Positions 24,747 through 25,645 of a stretch of 25,645 nucleotides of DNA are shown here, piece after piece; within the stretch, counting starts at the first letter, position 1; each line of letters opens with the position of its first letter. This stretch comes from a virus (Duplodnaviria; Caudoviricetes), in the IMG/VR virus record IMGVR_UViG_3300010362_000097, positions 1-25,645 of that record; one strand, given 5' to 3'. The notes under the pieces were generated by a model that had not been told where the DNA came from, made no database searches, and saw only the letters and a program-made list of their open reading frames with translations. A program made the position numbers and the translations under genes.

Positions 24747-25645
24747 AACAGTCAAAATCGCAAACATCATCGTCGGTGAACGTCTCCGCAAAGATTACGG
24801 AGACCTCTCCGATCTTGACACCATCGGAACGGTTGGTCTTATTCAGCCTATTGTCCTTGACCGTGACTCTAGCGGACGTCATCGTCTCCTTGCTGGAGGT
24901 CGACGCCTCGCCAAACTACAAGAGCTCGGGTTCGAGGAAGTTGTGCACGGTATTACGTCAGTCCCAGGTAAAGCTGGTTTCGTTTATTCTACAGAACTTC
25001 CCGAGGACGTCCAACGAGAGATCGAACTCTACGAAAACATTTGTCGAAAACAGATGGTCTGGCAAGAGAGGGTACTTGCTATCGCTGAAATACATGAAAT
25101 CAAGAAAAGACGTGCAGCAATGGACTCGGAGCATTGGGGACAGGCTGAAACCGGAGCAGAAGTCGGCCTAACTTTCTCCTCTGTCAGTTACGCCTTGAAG
25201 GTTGCTGAACGCCTACGTGCTGAGAAAGACCAAGACGGACCATTCTGGAAGTGCTCTGGTCTAACCGAAGCTTTACGACTCCTGATCGAAGAACGCGAAG
25301 ATGTAGCTAAACGCCAGTTGGCCGAGATGACCGCCAAGGCGATTCCGGTGGTTTTGAATAATTCAAATGAACTACCCGATACAGCGTCAGTGGCTGAGCA
25401 AATTCAAGTTGGTGAGACTGTCGATGTGCCACTGTCCAGGATGTTGTTCCACGGTAAGATGGAAGAACTTGTGCCGCATCTAGGTTCTGAGTTCGCAGAC
25501 CATATCATCACCGATTGGCCGTACGCCATTGACATGGATTACCTTGACCAAGGTCAAGGAATGAATGTGGATCGTGTCCGCGACGAACACGACGCAGAGG
25601 AGAACCTAGCGATGTATCCAACGTGGTTACAGTGTATGTTCACCA
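24739..25645 (+). CDS. ParB N-domain + HTH + N4/N6 DNA methyltransferase fusion; truncated by the window end
   Basis: Read by hand from ATG 24739, open to the edge: GLIQPIVL, LLAGGRRL, ELYENICR (ParB); WGQAETGAEVGLTFSSVSYALKVA (HTH); LFHGKMEE...DHIITDWPY (beta-class MTase start, motif IV). Confidence 0.85.
   Translation, partial: MDETVKIANIIVGERLRKDYGDLSDLDTIGTVGLIQPIVLDRDSSGRHRLLAGGRRLAKLQELGFEEVVHGITSVPGKAGFVYSTELPEDVQREIELYENICRKQMVWQERVLAIAEIHEIKKRRAAMDSEHWGQAETGAEVGLTFSSVSYALKVAERLRAEKDQDGPFWKCSGLTEALRLLIEEREDVAKRQLAEMTAKAIPVVLNNSNELPDTASVAEQIQVGETVDVPLSRMLFHGKMEELVPHLGSEFADHIITDWPYAIDMDYLDQGQGMNVDRVRDEHDAEENLAMYPTWLQCMFT
25353..25367. promoter_or_regulatory. 15-bp palindrome TTTGAATAATTCAAA, copy 4
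   Basis: Exact copy inside the ParB-MTase gene, in the inter-domain linker (V-L-N-N-S-N). Confidence 0.8.

Noticed and set aside
24743-25171. 142-aa + strand ORF in the track
   Set aside because: Off-frame shadow; the frame from 24739 carries the ParB and MTase motifs.
1-25645. Alternative genetic code, tRNAs, integrase/att, introns or inteins
   Set aside because: Core genes are intact in the standard code and use all three stops; no cloverleaf, recombinase or splicing motifs were seen by eye.

Overview
A 25.6-kb segment of a tailed dsDNA phage, most likely podovirus-like, with two divergent arms. The left arm (minus strand, ~14.2 kb down to the window edge) is the morphogenesis operon. In transcription order it holds an HTH terminase small subunit, seven small genes, TerL, a holin-like protein, an Ig-like protein, a GH75 (chitosanase-like) hydrolase, an RcGTA-type head-spike base, a cement/fibre-like protein, portal, scaffold, an SU10/DUF5309-type major capsid protein and a head-tail adaptor. 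It ends in a >960-aa protein built from ~7 tandem ~130-aa repeats, which the ORF track misses because it runs off the edge. The right arm (plus strand) holds early and DNA-metabolism genes: many small hypotheticals, a Cas4-like PD-(D/E)XK nuclease, a Sak4-like AAA ATPase, a DUF669-like SSB, DUF932 and a truncated ParB-HTH-DNA methyltransferase fusion with an atypical DWPY motif (also missed by the track). The 14.25-15.7 kb divergence region carries CATC..GATG palindrome clusters, a nested GC-rich fold, a repeated promoter-like motif and an inverted repeat around an AT-rich core. The most striking signal is an exact 15-bp palindrome, TTTGAATAATTCAAA, present four times over 17 kb. One copy lies inside the ParB-MTase gene, which suggests a parS-like site system. 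All family calls are by eye from motifs; no searches were run. No integrase, tRNA or CRISPR array was seen.
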